A DNA stretch of 63,123 bases, filler included, from Chiloscyllium plagiosum (Eukaryota), in the NCBI RefSeq assembly GCF_004010195.1. It is 6 parts of one record of this genome, joined end to end, with 100 filler letters (N's around TTAATTAATTAA, not from the genome) between each part and the next. Parts side by side here need not be neighbours in the genome. Positions count along the whole stretch, not along the records: positions 15,928 to 36,841 come from NC_057717.1; positions 36,942 to 43,478 come from NC_057717.1; 4 more parts are not named here. One strand, written 5' to 3'. Made by a program: the position numbers and the translations under genes. Shown here piece by piece: positions 25,585 through 37,860 of the stretch; the stretch's first letter is position 1, and each line of letters opens with the position of its first letter. The notes below the pieces were generated by a model. It had not been told where the DNA came from, ran no database searches, and saw nothing but the letters and a program-made list of their open reading frames with translations.

Positions 25585-26030
25585 ATATGAACACCAACTA
25601 ACCACAAAAGGACATCATCCTCTCTCACTGGTATCCTCACATACAGACGAGGAAGGACACCACTTCGACTGGGACAACACATCCATCCTAGGACAAACCA
25701 AATAGAGGCACGCACGAGAATTCCTAGAAGCATGGCATTTCAACCAGAACTCTAACCACAAACTCATGGAGTTAAACCTCAACTACCAGCCCTGAGAAAA
25801 GAAACAGGACGTGACTTCACCACAGGAAATAACTTAACAGCAGGAAATGATATCACCAATCCAAAGAAACCCAAACATATAAATAGAAAGCAGGAATTTT
25901 CAGCATTGATTCGCCTGAGGCCCACTGAACATGAAGATGGTTAAAAGTCTGGAAATGAACCTCCCAGCTCAACGAGCAAGCCTACATCCAAAACCTCAAC
26001 CTGAGCTGCAAATATTCTCAAAACTCGCAA
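25585..26030 (+). mobile_element. Penelope-like element: GIY-YIG C-terminal region and 3' end (a second PLE subfamily)
   Basis: EHQLTTKGHHPLSLVSSHTDEEGHHFDWDNTSILGQTK*RHAREFLEAWH, typical of the PLE endonuclease C-terminus. Confidence 0.85.
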
Positions 26031-26589
26031 CAATTACATACGCATTGTCAGTATTCAAAAGAATACATCGTCGCTACAATACGTGGAAAGTCGTTGGCAT
26101 TTGAATGATTGTATTTTTAAAGTGAGGAAACGATTGAACTATCATATAGAAATCGCATTCTTACAAATTTATATATAATCAATCAGTTAAATTTCTCACT
26201 AAATGCTCAGGAACTGAGCAGACGGTAGAGGTAAGTAGGACACGGTGAGACTCATGACCATGCTGCGAGAAGGAATCAATTCAATCCAAAATGTGAGTTG
26301 GAGGTTGGAATGAATGACGGAGATCTTTATCAGAGATTAACAAATGAAGAAGGAATGTATGGGGGACGTGAATGAGTGAGGTGTGTGAGATCAGGAAGCT
26401 CGTACTCAAGAAAACATTAAAGTGGAAAACCAAATCAAAAAGTTATTTAAAATGCTGGCCTACGCAGCAATGCCCACTTCATGTGAATTAATGAAAACAA
26501 AAATATCGTCAAAGGTTTAACACACAACATTAAAAGAAGCTATGACAGGAAATGTATGGAAACATAAATAAAGACAGAGAGTGGGTAAG

Positions 26590-26740
26590 ATGTCCGGCCG
26601 TGAAGGAGGCAAGAGGAAATCACTGAAACAGCAATAAAAAAAATCACTAGTACATAAAAAGAATCGCAGAGTGGAACTAAGTGATGAAACTGACAAGGTA
26701 ACGATGAGAAACACAAAAATGGCAAAGGCACAAAAACAAT
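26590..26740 (+). pseudogene. TMA7: TMA7-like (translation machinery-associated protein 7) pseudogene fragment
   Basis: ATG at 26590 reads MSGREGGKRKSLKQQ*KK, versus vertebrate TMA7 MSGREGGKKKPLKQPKK; premature stop; weaker ELSDETDK similarity downstream. Confidence 0.7.
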
Positions 26741-26789
26741 ACTTTCTGTTTACATGGACTATACTAAAAACTGTAGTTCCTACAGAGGG

Positions 26790-27420
26790 TCTTGTTGGGA
26801 TTACTGCTGTTTGTCATTTTTATAAATTACCTCGATAAGGGCATAAAATGATGTGTAAGTAAATTTAATGATGATACTCAGGTTGGTGAAGTGTAGATAC
26901 CTGAAGGATGTTGCAGGCTACAGAGGGACATAGATAAGCTGCAGAGCTGAGCTGAGAGGTGGCAATTTGAGATTAATGTGTGAGGTGATTCATTATGGAA
27001 GGAGCAAAAGGAATAAAGAGTACTGGGCCAATGGTAAGTTTCTTGGCAGCGTCGATGAGCAGAGAGATCTTGGTGTCAATATATGTAGGTCACAGTAAGT
27101 TGCCAATCTGGTTAATAAGCTGGTTAAGAAGGCGTAAATTCTGTTAGCTTTTATTGGAAGAGGGATAGAATTTTGGACCACGCGATCATACCGCACTTAG
27201 AGTACTGTATATTGCTGCTTGCTACATTACAGGAAGGACGTGAAGCATTTGGAAAGGGTTCAAAAGAGATATACGAGAATGTTGCCTGATTGGAGGGAAG
27301 GTCTTATAAGGAAAGTCTGAGGGAGTTGTCGCTGTTTTCATTCGAGCGAAGAAGGTTGAGAGCTGTCTGAATTGATCCAGAAAAGATAATCAGAGGGTTA
27401 GATAGGGTGGACAGTGTAAA
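26790..27420 (+). mobile_element. CR1 RT C-terminal fragment
   Basis: gatgatactcaggttgg, cagagagatcttggtgtc, ttagagtactgt, gagaatgttgcct. Confidence 0.85.
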
Positions 27421-28654
27421 GAATTTCTAAGTGTACTATAACTTCAAGAGAGTTGAAAGACTGGCCAGAGTACTGGAAAAATTAAAAATGCAATATTTGG
27501 TCAAACAGTGAGCAGTATCTGGGTTGCTATGAGACAAATTCAAATTCAAATTCAGCCAAACAGTTTAAATAATGTGCCAAGATGCCAAACGCTAATCAAG
27601 TTTGTATTTAGTGTTTTGACAATATTAAAACCTGTGAAACAATCCAATCTTTTGGCGTATAAATATCAAACATTTTGAACAGTTGGCGAGAGCGGCAAAG
27701 AGCAGCAAGCCGCCACAAGTCCAGCCTGGTAGCAGAAAGATCTGCTCTCTGACAGGGACCTTTATCAACCAAAGACCTGGGAAGCAGAATCCCCAAGAAT
27801 AAGAAAAAAATACATGAATATGGAGAAGAATCGACAGCTGCCTGGTTTTGAAATAAGACTTTTTTTTTTAAAATCGTAATCAGGATTCTTTGATCGGACT
27901 ATTATTGTAGAGGTGCACGTATCAGTGTGCATATTAGTCGATTGGTACGTGAAAACGCGAACTTGCAAAATTTTGGGCAATACCATTTGATCTTAGAAAA
28001 GATAAGGTGCTTTTCGTTTATTAAACAGAAGAACGAATGTCTGTGGATAAGCAGTTTGCAGGTACCCAAATTGACAGAATGGATCAAACCCGTTCAGTTA
28101 GCAGGCCCAAGCAGCATTTTTACCCAGACAACAGTTCAAATGCTGCCAATTAACTTAAAACGACACTTGGAGATTAAGAATCCATTTTAGTGCTAACAAT
28201 ATGAAACTAACCATATAATGAGAATTTCTTTTGTCAAGGAGATGTATATAACAGCGAGGCAATTGGACAGAGGGGGAGAGTCCACTGCTATCTGAAAAAA
28301 ATGATGACAGGAAGTGTCATCTGCGAAAGAAATATTGGGGTCTCACAAAGAAATCTCCATACTCTGCCTAAAAAGCTCTATCCATCAATAAAGGTGCACA
28401 ACACGCTGAGCAAATATTCTTGAAACCAGAAAACAACTGCGAAGGCATTTCAGACAGAGAAAGACGAGGGAATAAGATACAGAAATTTCAAGAGAGTCCA
28501 TTCTGGATGATTTTGTTCTTACTAATAATGGATTTATGAGTAGAATCTGCATTAGTGAAACCACATATCAGGAAAATCTTATTTTATTCCAGAATAAGTA
28601 ATTTGTTACAGAGAGATTGTTCAGTTTGTTAGTGGTTTGTTCACTGTTGAAGTT

Positions 28655-28992
28655 AGAATCATAGAATACCTAGAGTAGGGAAACAGGCCCTTCAGACGAA
28701 CAAGGACCACACTGACCCTCCAAAGAGTAAACCACTCAGATGCATTCTTTACCCTATTAACTATATTTACCCCTGAATAATGCAGTTAACTTACACATCC
28801 GTGAACACTATGGGCAATTTAGCATTCCCAATTCAAGTAACCTGCACATCTGTGGATTGTGAGAGGAAACAGGAGCACGTGTTTGAAGCCCACGCAGACG
28901 CGAGTAAAATGTGATAACTCCACATAGAGTTTGGAATCGAACCTGGGTCGTTAGCGTTGTGAGGCAGCAGTGCTAGACCCTGCCTCACCCAT
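28655..28992 (-). mobile_element. HE1-type SINE, diverged
   Basis: gggcaatttagcattcccaattc, ggaatcgaacctgggtc (antisense B box), tail agaatcatagaa. Confidence 0.85.
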
Positions 28993-29039
28993 AGACAGGC
29001 AAATAGTAATTGTTAATTACAGAATGATTGAAAGGATTC

Positions 29040-30005
29040 CATTTCATTGAACCACTCCTTTATAACAAACTGGGTGTCAAAAAGCAGGTGGGTTACATCA
29101 CTTGTCACACTCCCTTACCACATTGTAAGGCGAGGACATCTTCGCTGGGTGCATTGCTTCTAATTATCAGATTGATGTTGTCCTCCACTTCATAATATTA
29201 TAAAGAGTTCGAAGTGGGTCAAGTGAATGATATATTGGTATATGGGAGGAAAAATGTATCTGTGTTTGAATAGATTGGTGTTTTGAATGGAAAAACAGTG
29301 CATTAATCCAATGGAGAGATTGCAAATTTGAGGCACAGAGGAATCAGGCACCTGGATCGCAAAAAAATCATGTTGCGTGCACATCATAGGGAGGCAATAT
29401 AAATTTTCAAACCTTTTGAAAGAGAATACATTCACGAGTAGGGAAGATTTCCTACAGTTTTGCAGGGTACGGTGAGACTACTTCAGGAGAGCTGACGGCT
29501 CGATGACATGAAAAGCAGTCCAGAGAAGATTCACTCAACTGATTCTTGTAAGGAGCTATTATCTCTGGAGGAAACATTGTCAGATTGGTCCAGTTGGAGT
29601 TTAGGCAAATGACGCATGATCCCATTAAACCCATATAATTCTGAGTATTCTATTCAAGTTAAATGCTGAAACAATATTTCAATTTGTGCGAAAGATTTCC
29701 ACAAATGGATGGACTCCTGGAAACTGGCAAATATCGCAGTGAAGGAGTTAGTGATTATTTTAACCATCTCAAAGGGTTCTGCGTCTGTGGGAACTTCCCT
29801 CCAAGAAAGTGATGGAAGATGAGACTTTGAATATTCTTAAGACACAGTCAGACAGTTTATCGGCTATGAATTATGAATTAAAGTTATAGGGCATAGCAGA
29901 ATGTGTGTTTCTGGCCACAATCAGATCATCCATGATCTTATCACATGGCAGACTTGGTTCAAGTTGCCCAAACACTTATTCCTGATCTTAGTTTCTCCGT
30001 TGATA
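29040..30005 (+). mobile_element. Old CR1 fragment with 3' end
   Basis: gcacagaggaatcaggcacc, tacggtgagactac, gaaaagcagtccagagaagattcactc, caatcagatcatccatgatctta. Confidence 0.7.
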
Positions 30006-31059
30006 TTGCCTTTATATACTGACAAATAATGAAAGCGTTCTCAAGCGCACAAAGGCTCTCCCTTTCAGAATGATGAGCACAACTTGCAAATGTGATTTTT
30101 AATCAGCAATGCGAAAGCACTTGTGGAAGTTTCATAGAGTTATGGAAACATCAGATGCTTACGTCAAAGTAAAAGCCTCATTAAAACTGCGTTAGAAATC
30201 AGATAAGTTAGAATGGATGCCTTTAAGAGAGCAGATTCCTGTCAGTTGTTCTTGTAAGGTGAATTCCGTTAGCAAGACCAGCATTTATTGCCTATGTCTA
30301 ATTTCCATTCAGAATATGGTGGTGAACCCCAGTGATCCTCATGGTGCAGGGACACTAACTGATAAGTTTCAAAGAGAGCCACAGGATTATGAACAACTGA
30401 CGGTGAAGGGACAATGATATTGATTCAAGTGAGGATGCTGTGTATCCATGGAGATTGTGTTCCTAACCCCATGATGCTCACAGCGATGGAAATAGTGGGA
30501 CAGTCTCTTGCTGTTCTTATTTTCGGGAATTTACAGAGTGATGTAGTTAAGGTCTTTTATGAAGGAGCCTGAAATGGCATGTTGAACACAGAGCTGAACT
30601 CTCTTTTTACGTACGTTCTGCCACCTATGCATGTTTTATTTATAAAGCTTGTGAATAATTTAGAATGGACCAGGATTTGGCATCTTGTACTGATTTTCCG
30701 TGACACTGAAATATGTCCTTTGTAACATTCCCAACAATCGAGCGAGCTGAAAAAAAATCTGCAGAATTTATGGATTCATTTATTGTTGGTTTGAAAGAGT
30801 GAGTGTGATGAGGATAAATATTCAATTAAATTGCACATAATGGTCACACTGCCGGAGTTTAAATCATATTCTCACGTTTTCCTTGAATTGGAAGCAAATT
30901 ATTAGAACAAACGCCCATTGTTGCACATACTGTAAAAAAAAGTCTAAGAAATCTTGAGACGCCACACTAGGCGAGAAAATACATGCCGTCTGCACTTGAT
31001 GGAGAAACAGAAATTCAGAATAGATGCACAATCTGAACAAGAATCAAGTGACAGAAAAA

Positions 31060-31720
31060 AACATATAACAAGTCTTTTCTTAGACCATGACCCCCAGCAT
31101 GTCAAATCAGACCATTTTATCAACTGAGATAACTGATCTAATTTCTCCTGGTAATCCCCTCCTCCCCCCCAACACTGCCCTCCCAAACACCAGCCAATGG
31201 CACCAAGCTGATGGCCCTCTGATAGCACAGGTCATTTCCATCTCCAACAGTCATCCACAAACAGGGTGGCCCAGGCAGACACATTGCTTCAGTCTGCACC
31301 TGCTACAAACAACTCATCTCTTCCTACTTTGACTCAGTAATTCCTCCTGGTCCAGTTCCTGCTCACGTACATCCGTGATTCATCTGACACTTTACACCAA
31401 TTTAGAATTTCCATTTTGCAGGTTCCACCCACCTCATCTTTTCCATGGACCGTACCATGCCATTACACATCCATCAAAACCTTCCCCACCCCCACCCCCA
31501 TTAGGATGGTCTCAGGACTCTCCGCTTCTTCCTGGAACAAAGGTCTGAGCTGCACCCAAACACCACCACCATCCTCCAACTTGCTGAACCGTCCTCACTC
31601 TCAACAACCTTTCTTTTTAACATCCCCATGATCACTCCAACTTTGCCTTTCCACACATCTTTGCTCTCTTCTGGTGTATCTTGTGCCTCCGCTCCTGACT
31701 ATTGTTCGGAGGCCTGTACA
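31060..31720 (+). mobile_element. Decayed Penelope RT fragment
   Basis: catgacccccagc, ttcctactttgactc...gtccagttcctgctcacgtacatccgtgattc, ctcatcttttccatggac, ctctccgcttcttcct. Confidence 0.65.
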
Positions 31721-31819
31721 AGACTCCAATTATGTTTTTTATTTCACCTTTTCGATACCTCAATTCTACCCACACAGATTCCCCATGACCTGACCCTACT
31801 TAATTTCTTACTATTGATT

Positions 31820-32340
31820 TAGTTTTATTTCTTACCAATCAGGCAACCCCACCTCCTCCGCCCACCTGCCTATCTTTTCAACAAGATGTATATCCTTGAA
31901 TATTCAGCTCCCAAACCTGATACCCTTACAACCATGTCTTCGTGATGCCTGCGACGTCATACCTGCCAATTCTGATCTGCGCCACAAGCTCATTTACTCG
32001 ATTCCTTCCACTGCATACATTCAGATATAACACCTTCAGTCCTATATTAACCGTTCCTCTTCACGTTGTCACTCGTTTGTCCAGTGTGCCTGAAGTTTGG
32101 TTGCTAACAATCTCCATACACTCTGTCATATTTATGTCTGTGTTGGAGATTTTAATAATTTCTCCTGAGTTCAGCACTCTTACCTCCTCCTTTAACTCGG
32201 GTTTTCTAATTCCCTCAATATCTGACCTTACCCTCCCACGCCCTATTTAGTTTAAAGCCCTGTCTACAGCCCTGGATGTGCGATCCCCGAGTACTCTGAT
32301 CCAAGCACGGTTTGGATGAAGACCACGCCATTGGATGCCA
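31820..32340 (-). mobile_element. CR1 ORF1/ORF2 boundary fragment
   Basis: ccccacctcctccgcccacctgcctatc, cattcagatataacacc (antisense of LYLNA), tagtttaaagccc. Confidence 0.75.
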
Positions 32341-32899
32341 TTCAGCCCGTTTACTCTGCTTTGCTATTCAACTGAATTGTAGTTATTCTGTTCCTTTCAA
32401 TGGCAGGGTCTTTACCCAGCATCCCTAGTGGGTCACAAAGTGCCCAGTGTCTTTGGGTACACAATCCTGCTTAGTGAGCATCCAATGCCAGGTGATGAGT
32501 TCTGAGGAGTCTCAGGAGCGGTTCGAGGAAAGGCTGCATGCAGTAATGGATGGACTGAGGGACTGAGAGGGATAGCTTGGGAACCAGTGACACTGCACTC
32601 ACACAAGTGGCCAGGCCAGTCTCCTGAACTCCCAGGGCAGCCTGAACACCAGGGTCTCTTTTACGAAAACTGGTTGCATTTGCCGCATTTCTTCATCGAC
32701 CTGAAGCAGAAACACTGCCGATGGCATAAACACAGAGTTAGACAATGGAGAATCGAAAAGAGTTAATGCTCCTAATGCAAACATGAGGAGATTGTACAAA
32801 CGCCACACAGATAGGCTACAGAGATTGGAATTGAACCCGACTCCCTGGCACTGTGAGGCAGCAGAGCTGAGTCATCATGCCACCCAATGATGGCTAACA

Positions 32900-33704
32900 G
32901 GATTAGCGTAGTTACATGTTGCCTTCTGCAGTCAATTCCCTGGAATGCTCTCCCTCAGTCTCGGTAAGACTGGGAAGCCTTTCTATAGCATCAGAGGACA
33001 ATTCAAAAGAAACAATGATTTGGGGAATATGGAACGTATAAGCGAGCTTCCCATAGGAAAGCAGACTGCAAGAGTTTAGGTAAGATTTATAACAGGAAGA
33101 GATGCAGGAGTGAACATTGGGAAACTTGAAAACGAGGCCAGCCACAGAGAAACGGAGAAGAAAAGAATTGGAGAATGAACTGAATAGGTGCTTTGCAACG
33201 TCCTCACAATGGTTGACAACTAGCAGCATTCCAGACAGTCAAGGGCGAGAGATGGGTGTAGTGATCGGTGCTGATGATAATGTGCTGTGGAAGCTGCAAT
33301 GTTTGAAGCTGGATAAATCACACAGACTGGAAGGCTAACAACCCAAAATTCTGAAGGAGATAGAGGAGAAGATTGTGGAGACAGTGGTGGTGGATTTTCA
33401 GAAATAAATGTCCTCAGGAAGCGTCACAAAGATCAGGCAAATCGGAAGGTAAATCTCTGTGCAAGGAAAGAAGGGAAGCAAAAGACAAGAAATCATAAGG
33501 CAGTTAGCCTGACATCGGTCATTAATCGGGTGCCCGAGCCCACTATTAACTGTAAGGCCGCAGAGTAGTGTCATAGAGATATAAAATACGGAAACAGGCC
33601 CTTCGGTCCATCTCGTCCATGCCGAACCAGTTATTCCAATCTCATATTGTCCCATTTGCCAGCATCCAGCCCATATCCCTCTAAACCCTTTTTAATCATA
33701 TACC
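32900..33704. mobile_element. Old CR1 ORF2 fragment (+, 32900-33560) followed by a younger CR1 3' end (-, 33570-33704)
   Basis: ELNRCFATS...LKLDKS; then gtcatagagatataaaatacggaaacaggcccttcgg. Confidence 0.75.
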
Positions 33705-33799
33705 NNNNNNNNNNNNNNNNNNNNNNNNNNNNNNNNNNNNNNNNNNNNNNNNNNNNNNNNNNNNNNNNNNNNNNNNNNNNNNNNNNNNNNATGGTAGTA

Positions 33800-35100
33800 G
33801 AGTTAAATACATGGGCAAAGAACTGGTAGAGGAGGCAGCACTTCCGATATGTGTATCATTGGGATTCTTGAGTTCCTCTCCCAAACAAATCTCTATAATA
33901 TTAACATAGCAGTTATATATACTCATCCAAGCTCCAAGTTCATCCGTCTTGCCTGTCATACTCCTCACATTATAATCAGTGCACTTCAGACTGTCAGGCC
34001 CATTGTGTTCAGTAACCTCTGTCTGTTTGTTGTTGATCTTAGCTGTACTGGGATTAGTCGCCAACCCCGCCTCAGTCGTGTACTTGTGGACCTACTGCTC
34101 TGGTTCCCAATGTCCCCCCAACGGCCACACTAGTTTAAACCCTCCTGAGTGACAACAGCAAACCTGCCTGCCAGGAGATTGCTGCCAGTTCAGGTCCATC
34201 CCGTCCTCTTGCGTACATCCTATCGACCTGCAAATCCAAATGATCCACATATCGGAGATTGCTGCCAATTAAGGTCCATCCCGTTCTTCTTGTGTATATC
34301 CTATCGACTCAGGATCTGATGGCTTTGGCTGAAGTGTGTTCATGTCAAAGCAATGATTATTATGGGTAAGGCAGATGAGCTTACAGCCTGATTCAATACA
34401 TGGGACCATGATGTTGCAGCCATTACAGGCACTGAGTTTGGAGAAGGACAAGACTGGGCGTTCACCTTTCCAGGGTTTTGTTGTGTTAGACGAAATACAG
34501 AGGAAGGTGAAAGAGGTGGAGGAGCTGTATTACTAATCAGGGATAATGTTGCATTTGCACTCAGAGAGGTCATACTGGAGGGCTCATCCACTGAGGCAAT
34601 ATGATTACAGCACAAAAATAAGATTGATGCAATTACTGTGTTCGGATTATACCATAGTCCTTTCAACAGCCACCGAGACTTTGAGAACAAAAATGTGAGC
34701 CAGTTATGGAAAGGTGTAATAAAAACAGAGGTGTCATAGTGAGTGACTTCAACATCTCCAATATTGACTGGGGCTCCCTGAGGGCAAGTGGCTTAGACGG
34801 GACAGAATTTGTTTTGTTTACTTGAAATGGTATGTGGATAGTCCAGTACAGGAAGGGTCATACTGGCCTCGTGTTGGCTAATGAGCCTGGACAGTTGACT
34901 GGCATTTCAGGGGGACAGCATTGTAGAATCATTTTGGAAACCCCTTCAGTTTTAAGATAGCTAAGAACATGGATAAGTCAGGACCTTTTGAGAAGCTATG
35001 GAATGGAAGCTAAGGCAATTTACGTCAGTATCAGGCAGGAGCTAGAGAGTGTTAATTGGGAGGAGTAGCTATCAGGCAAATCCACATTTTGTTTGTGGCA
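33800..35100. mobile_element. Head-to-head CR1 fragments (- 33800-34250; + 34320-35100), endonuclease regions
   Basis: Minus LKCTDYNVRSMTGKTDELGAW; plus ggtaaggcagatgagctt, gaaagaggtggaggagctgtattactaatcaggga, gtgacttcaac. Confidence 0.75.
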
Positions 35101-35926
35101 ACTGCTTATTAAATTCTCATTGCAATATCATCTTGTGAACGTCCTCCCCACTGTTCGAATTTCAATCTATTTTATTTGAACAGATATTTCGAAGTCGCTG
35201 TATACCAGAGAACAGCAAGAGATAATGGATGATTGTGCCCTGTGTCCTTCACTGAACCAGCTTGTCTCTACAGGCACCTAACGTTTTTATTGTGGGTCAG
35301 GGAACCACAGAATTAATAGAGCACAGACGGAAGCCATTCAGTCCTTCGTACACACACGAGCTCTCCAACTACGCTATCTGAAAGCAGAGAGAGTTATTGG
35401 AGATCGACAGAGAAAGATTTAAAAATTCCCCTGAACCGCAAGCTCTTTGTTTGGGAGCCATACCATGTGAGCACCATGCTGATACCAGTTGTGATCCTAG
35501 ATCATCGATCTCATGTACTATCACAGAGTTGATTGGCTGACAGCTAACAGAAACCAAGAGACCAATTGATTGGCTCCAGAGAGAAATGGATTAATTTAAC
35601 TGGATTATGCCAATCGTAGCAGGAACCAATAACCTCCTGAGACACTGTGCAAGAGACTTGGCCAGAGAATCACAGTGAGGGGATCACTGTCAGAGGGCAA
35701 ATCAGCATCTCTGATGTGGATCAAGTAATGACTGAAAAAGTTTGGACAGCACTTCCATGGTTTCGTAATCCACATTTCATTTCATACAGCTCGATGTCAT
35801 GAGTGTATTTTAACAATCTTATCTCTTTGTACATTTCATATTTTGGTTTGTCGAGAAAATCATTTTGTCCCTGTATTTTGTGTTGAATAAACACAAAATA
35901 AACACATTTCTGTGGAAGTAAGGACC

Positions 35927-36841
35927 TGGTTTGGAGATGCCGGTGTTGGACTGGGGTGTAAAAAGTTTAAAATCACACAACACCAGGTTATAGTCCAACA
36001 TGTTTAATTAGAAGCACACCAGCTTTCGGAGCGACGCTCTTTCATCAGGTGATAGTGGAGGGCTCAATCGTAACACAGAATTGAAAGCAAAAATTTACAA
36101 TGTGACATAACTGAAACCAGATATTGAAAAATTGATTGTCTGTTAAGCCTTTCATCTGTTAGAATACAGTGATAGTTTCATTTCTTTCATGTGTAAATCA
36201 GTAAACCCTTTTTTTTAGAAAAGTTGCATACTCGAGTTAGCTGTTAACAATGGTGATAACGAGACAATATGTTGAAGGTTTTGGCCCCCTGTGTTCTCTG
36301 TCTATGCCACAATGCTAAGATTGATTCTAATCTCCCTCATTATGGGCATTTAAGCGGGCATTGGATAGGCATATGGAGGATAGTGGGCTAGTGTAGGTTA
36401 GGTGGGCTTGGATCGGCGCAGCATCGAGGGCCGAAGGGCCTGGACTGCGCTGTATCCTTCTATGTTCTATTTTCTATGTAATCTAAAAAGTGAGATAACG
36501 GAGTTTTACATAAATTCATGCAAATTTTGAGATCAGGGTTCTACATGAATGCATGCAGTTTTTGAGCAAAGTACAATGTAACCCTGCAAGGATAAATTCA
36601 CCCCACTTATGTGTGCACGTGAGTCTTTGTCTGTCTGTGTGTGTGTCTGTCTGGGTTGGGGGTTGTGAGTGTGAGAAAGTGTATATATGTATGTAGTGAG
36701 TGCAGAATGTCTTAACTCTGTGAGGGGGTGCGTGTGAGAGTATGTGTGTCTGTCAGGGAGTGTGTGGGTGTCTGTGTGTACGTGTGTCCGTGTGTATGTG
36801 AGTGTGTGTGTTTGTGTGTGTGTCTGTGTGTGTGTGTGTGT
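35927..36841 (-). mobile_element. Penelope-associated terminal repeat with hammerhead-like core and GT-rich tract
   Basis: ttggagatgccggtgttggactgggg...aaatcacacaacaccaggttatagtcc; minus strand has cacCTGATGAaagagcgtcgctccGAAAgct. Confidence 0.7.
36331..36480 (+). mobile_element. ~150-bp 5'-truncated young CR1 3' end
   Basis: Near-identical to 51298-51441; (ttctatg)n tail; taatct flanks both sides. Confidence 0.9.
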
Positions 36842-36941
36842 NNNNNNNNNNNNNNNNNNNNNNNNNNNNNNNNNNNNNNNNNNNNTTAATTAATTAANNN
36901 NNNNNNNNNNNNNNNNNNNNNNNNNNNNNNNNNNNNNNNNN
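36842..36941. other. Artificial 100-bp contig linker
   Basis: N run + TTAATTAATTAA + N run. Confidence 0.9.
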
Positions 36942-37860
36942 ACCACAACAAGGATAGACCGCCATGGTCATCAACTTTCACCCCACCAATCTCCAGATAA
37001 AAGTCATCATCCTCCACTATTTCTGCCACCTCTAGTCAGACACCACCACCAGAGATTTATTTCCCTCCCCACCCCTATTCGCATTCTGCGGAGACCATTC
37101 CCTCCACGACGCCCTCATTAGGTCCCGCCCCCATCCTCCACCAAGCCATCATCCACTCCCGGCATCTTCCCTTGCCATCCCAAGTTGTGTAAAACGCGTG
37201 CCTACATCTCCCCCTCACCTCCATCTAAGGCCCCAAATGACCGGTCCACACCCTGTAGACATTGTATTGTGTCCATTGTTCCCTGTCTCCTGTACATTGA
37301 GGAGGTAGGATGTCAGCTTTTGGAACATTTCAGGGAACATCTCTGACACACACACACACACAATGACCCCACCACCCTATGGCCGAATACTTCAACTCTC
37401 CCTCCCAATCCGCCAAAGACATGCCAGTCCTGGGGCTGCTCCACAGCCAAACCCAAGTCACCCAACACCTCGTCTTCCACCTTGGGATCGTGCAACCACA
37501 CGGTATCAATGTCAATTTCGCCAGTTTCCTCAACTCACCTTCCCCCACATTATCTCAGATCTAACACTCCAACTTCGCACTGTCCCTTTGAACTGTCCAA
37601 TCTGTCCATCTTCTCTGACCTTCACGACACAACCCACCTTCGTCTAACTGTCGCTTTCCACGCTACCATCCCCCCAGCCTCACACTTTCCTATTTATCTT
37701 TCAGCCCCCTTCCGCCCACCCTCCTCAATCCTGACGAAGAGCTTATGCCTGAAATGTCGCACCTCCAGCTCATCGGATGTTGCCTGACTGGCTGTGCTTT
37801 TCTAGCACCACACCTTTGGGGGTACAGTGATCTCTTGCATCTTCAGTCCTCACTTTCGAC
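36942..37860 (+). mobile_element. Penelope-like element 3' part (GIY-YIG region and terminal repeat)
   Basis: FHPTNLQ, FPSPPL.AFC.DHSL, ctgtacattgaggag (LYI.E), AEYFNSPSQS..DM.VLGL, GINVNF; core ctgacga...gaaa at ~37731. Confidence 0.85.

Noticed and set aside
27420..28650. Apparently unique sequence (also 10900-11700 and 30480-31060)
   Set aside because: I could not identify coding, RNA-gene or repeat signals by eye, so these regions are left unannotated.
35525..35635. Cluster of CCAAT/ATTGG boxes
   Set aside because: No associated gene start, TATA box or CpG island; such short motifs alone are insufficient evidence for a promoter.
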